Made by a program: the position numbers and the translations under genes. Under the pieces are notes generated by a model, which saw only the letters and a list, made by a program, of their open reading frames with translations, was not told where the DNA came from and did no database searches. A stretch of DNA of 64,000 nucleotides from Escherichia coli (GTDB lineage Bacteria; Pseudomonadota; Gammaproteobacteria; Enterobacterales; Enterobacteriaceae), in the NCBI RefSeq assembly GCF_003334305.1, contig NZ_QOWS01000007.1. The stretch is one strand, 5' to 3'. Position 1 is the first letter of the stretch. Every line of letters begins with the position of its first letter. This document shows, in pieces, positions 57,312 to 64,000 of the stretch.

Positions 57312-57949
57312 TGAATATTGTGGTGCTTATTTCCGGCAACGGAAGTAATTTACAGGCAATTATTGACGCCTGTAAAACTAACAAAATTAAAGGCACCGTA
57401 CGGGCAGTTTTCAGCAATAAGGCCGACGCGTTCGGCCTTGAACGCGCCCGCCAGGCGGGTATTGCAACGCATACGCTCATCGCCAGCGCGTTTGACAGTC
57501 GTGAAGCCTATGACCGGGAGTTGATTCATGAAATCGACATGTACGCACCCGATGTGGTCGTGCTGGCTGGTTTTATGCGCATTCTCAGCCCGGCGTTTGT
57601 CTCCCACTATGCCGGGCGTTTGCTGAACATTCACCCTTCTCTGCTGCCGAAATATCCCGGATTACACACCCATCGTCAAGCGCTGGAAAATGGTGATGAA
57701 GAGCACGGTACATCGGTGCATTTCGTCACCGATGAACTGGACGGTGGCCCGGTTATTTTACAGGCGAAAGTCCCGGTATTTGCTGGTGATACGGAAGATG
57801 ACATCACCGCCCGCGTGCAAACCCAGGAACACGCTATTTATCCACTGGTGATTAGCTGGTTTGCCGATGGTCGTCTGAAAATGCACGAAAACGCCGCGTG
57901 GCTGGATGGTCAACGTCTGCCGCCGCAGGGCTACGCTGCCGACGAGTAA
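57311..57949 (+). CDS. purN: Phosphoribosylglycinamide formyltransferase PurN
   Basis: 212-aa ORF, recognised PurN; start overlaps the purM stop. Confidence 0.95.
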
Positions 57950-57964
57950 TGCCCCGTAGTTAAA

Positions 57965-57990
57965 GCGCCAGCTCTGCCGCTGGCGTTTTT
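57965..57990 (+). terminator. Rho-independent terminator after purN
   Basis: gcgccagctctgccgctggcg hairpin followed by ttttt. Confidence 0.7.
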
Positions 57991-58119
57991 CAATTCACCT
58001 GTAAATCGCAAGCTCCAGCAGTTTTTTTCCCCCTTTTCTGGCATAGTTGGACATCTGCCAATATTGCTCGCCATAATATCCAGGCAGTGTCCCGTGAATA
58101 AAACGGAGTAAAAGTGGTA

Positions 58120-61732
<3,613 letters not shown>

Positions 61733-61737
61733 TGCTT

Positions 61738-61764
61738 TGCGGGCCGACGAGAAATGTCGGCCCG
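61738..61764. terminator. Bidirectional terminator hairpin between convergent ppx and pdeF
   Basis: gcgggccgacgagaaatgtcggcccgc stem-loop. Confidence 0.6.
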
Positions 61765-61770
61765 CATTAT

Positions 61771-64000
61771 TCAGGCACTTTCGCGAATGGGTTCGATTTC
61801 ATTCAGCGTATCAATTAACGGTTGCGGCTTACCAATAAGATAACCCTGCATATAATCGATCCCCAAAGAGAGCACCGCCTCGCGGATCTCTTCGTTTTCA
61901 ACGTACTCTGCCACTACCCGCATTTTCTTCATTCGCGCCAGGTGGCAAATCGATGCCACTATCTGATAATCCAGACTATTTGACACAATATTGCGGATAA
62001 AACTGCCGTCAATTTTAAGCAGATCGGCATTCACATTTTTAAGCCGCGCATAGCTGGCGTAGCCGGTGCCGAAATCATCAATCGCAATCTGGCAGCCTAA
62101 TTCCTGAAGATGCTGCAAGGTGATTTGCGCCTGCTTAACATTGGTCAGAGCATTACTTTCGGTGACTTCAAAAATAAGTTGCCACGCTTCAATCTGATAT
62201 TTATCCAGCAACTGACTGACTTCAACAGGAAAACGAGCCTGACATACCGAGGTTGGAGACAGATTAATAGCAAAACGGTGAGCGGGCATCTTCGCTCTGT
62301 TTTCAGCCATAAATTGCAGCGTATGCTCAATGACCCACATGTCGATACTCGACGATAAACCAAATTCGTGCGCGACCGGCAAGAAGCTATCGGGGCCGAT
62401 CAGTTCATCATTCTCACCTTTCATGCGCAGAAGAATTTCATGGTAAACATCACCACGCATACCGGTAATCGGCTGGGCCATCAGGAAAAAATGGTTGTGT
62501 TCCAGCGCCTGCTGTAGTCGATTCATCATCGCGACTTTATCTTTCAATTCGCGTTGCAAATACATTGCCCCGCGACGCTGCATATTTTCCGGGGCGTTGG
62601 TCACGATGGAAAGTTCGGCGACCGTATTTAGCTCTCCCAGCAGCAGGTAGATATGATTCACTGGCGAGCGCACATAGCAGTAACTGACGCCAATCTGCGG
62701 TTGCATCGGCATGCCATCCCAAAAGAAACGAAATTGCTTGAGATGGCTATCCAGTGCGGTAATGCGCTCCTGGTGCGATTCTGTATTCAGCCGCAGCGCG
62801 AGATCGTTACCCGAAAGCTGATAAACATCTTCACCCGGTTCCAGCAAGGGTGACAGCCAGTGAGAAAGTTTTTGCTTGTATTGAATCCGCAGCATGATGC
62901 CATAGTTCTTAACCAGCATTTCCATGCCAGGGATGCGTAAATAACAAAGCGCAGACCAGGGGGCATCACGCAACGCGCGATTCAGGGCGCGAACATTTGG
63001 CAGATGAACCACCGGGTCCACATACGCAAGCCGCTGAATGCGTCTGACTACCGCTCGCTGACGAGTTGCCAGTACAGCCATATAATTGACAATAAAAGAG
63101 AATACCAGATAACTGGAGGAGGTTATGGTCAGCTGCGTGGTATAGCCAGGATAAATGGGAATGTAATTTTGATAGCTGTGGATGCTGATCATCAACACGA
63201 CCGCCCAGAGCAGCGAAATCAGCTTATAACCATAGCGCATCGCTCCCCACATCATCAGGGGCAGCAATAATGACAAGGTATAATTGGTGCTAAAAATTGT
63301 GCTTTTTTCATTTAACGGCATGCATAACAGCAACAATAAAGCACCTAATGCCAGTAGCCAGAGCGCGAACTCTTTTTTGGTGACTTTGGCATCAACCTGC
63401 TGTTTTAATTGCGAATAATAGCTACGTAAATAAAATGGATTTCGCACTACCCGAATGATGAAGTAGCACAGCGGGACACCGATCAGATTACCCACCAGTA
63501 AGGCCTGATAATTGATTAAAGTCCCGAGGTTAAAAGGCATGACACCGACCAGATTTTCTCTGCTCGCCAGCAATCCTACAAATGCAGCAAACTGGAAAAG
63601 TATCAGAAACAGCGTTGCAGGAAACACTATCTGCCAGAATATACGCTGGGAAATTAAACGGGTATCACCATGTGAAACGTTGTTACGCCGGGGAGTAAAG
63701 ACCCTGTAACCGCCCCAACAGAGAATGATAATGATAATAAAATTAGCCGTTAATGAGAGCGTTTCGTAAAAACCCAGCTCTGCATATTTGCGGACAAAAA
63801 TCCCTAAGGTGATCCCTGGCAATGCCGCCCAGCTGAAAAACATCATCATGCTGATCATCAGTGCCAAAGGCAGATAAAAGAGAAAAACCTCACCGGAAGA
63901 AATATGCGCGAAAGTATTAATGTGGGCGAAAATGGGCAAGATTAAAGAAGGCAGGAACAGCGGAAGCCCCCACCATTTATCACGTATTTTTATATAAGTT
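61771..64000 (-). CDS. pdeF: c-di-GMP phosphodiesterase PdeF (YfgF); N-terminal about 25 codons lie beyond the window end
   Basis: Reading frame stays open from the stop at 61771 to position 64000; multi-TM N-terminal region, degenerate GGDEF and EAL domain; the track's TTG start at 63939 is internal. Confidence 0.85.
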   Translation of the reverse strand, partial: TYIKIRDKWWGLPLFLPSLILPIFAHINTFAHISSGEVFLFYLPLALMISMMMFFSWAALPGITLGIFVRKYAELGFYETLSLTANFIIIIILCWGGYRVFTPRRNNVSHGDTRLISQRIFWQIVFPATLFLILFQFAAFVGLLASRENLVGVMPFNLGTLINYQALLVGNLIGVPLCYFIIRVVRNPFYLRSYYSQLKQQVDAKVTKKEFALWLLALGALLLLLCMPLNEKSTIFSTNYTLSLLLPLMMWGAMRYGYKLISLLWAVVLMISIHSYQNYIPIYPGYTTQLTITSSSYLVFSFIVNYMAVLATRQRAVVRRIQRLAYVDPVVHLPNVRALNRALRDAPWSALCYLRIPGMEMLVKNYGIMLRIQYKQKLSHWLSPLLEPGEDVYQLSGNDLALRLNTESHQERITALDSHLKQFRFFWDGMPMQPQIGVSYCYVRSPVNHIYLLLGELNTVAELSIVTNAPENMQRRGAMYLQRELKDKVAMMNRLQQALEHNHFFLMAQPITGMRGDVYHEILLRMKGENDELIGPDSFLPVAHEFGLSSSIDMWVIEHTLQFMAENRAKMPAHRFAINLSPTSVCQARFPVEVSQLLDKYQIEAWQLIFEVTESNALTNVKQAQITLQHLQELGCQIAIDDFGTGYASYARLKNVNADLLKIDGSFIRNIVSNSLDYQIVASICHLARMKKMRVVAEYVENEEIREAVLSLGIDYMQGYLIGKPQPLIDTLNEIEPIRESA

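Noticed and set aside
63939-64000. TTG at 63939 as the start of pdeF/yfgF
   Set aside because: The reading frame stays open to the window edge and the recalled protein is about 25 residues longer; the gene is truncated by the window rather than starting at this TTG.

Overview
This window is an Escherichia coli-type chromosomal segment, syntenic with the K-12 eut to pdeF region, with about 60 protein-coding genes and no rRNA, tRNA, CRISPR or transposase/integrase genes. All gene names come from recognising the translated ORFs from memory, not from a database search. Gene order is eutB' (partial), eutAHGJENMDTQPS (minus), maeB, talA-tktB, ypfG, nudK, aegA, narQ, acrD, ypfM, yffB-dapE-ypfN, ypfH-tmcA-ypfJ, purC, bamC, dapA, gcvR-bcp, hyfABCDEFGHIJR-focB, perM, bepA-yfgD, hda, uraA-upp, purMN, ppk-ppx, pdeF' (partial). 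Two things stand out against that conserved backbone. First, a compact two-gene VapBC-type (PIN-domain toxin plus AbrB/SpoVT-type antitoxin) module sits between ypfJ and purC, where I recall no gene in K-12. Second, hyfD, the NuoL/M/N-like membrane subunit of hydrogenase 4, is broken by a frameshift and an internal deletion of roughly 208 bp. The eutA-eutB junction is also intact, without the CPZ-55 prophage that K-12 carries there, so this is not K-12 MG1655. I found no family that looks genuinely undescribed; the VapBC insertion is the most interesting accessory element. Regulatory calls (sigma54 promoter, BaeR box, PurR boxes, terminators, REP clusters) are motif matches by eye.
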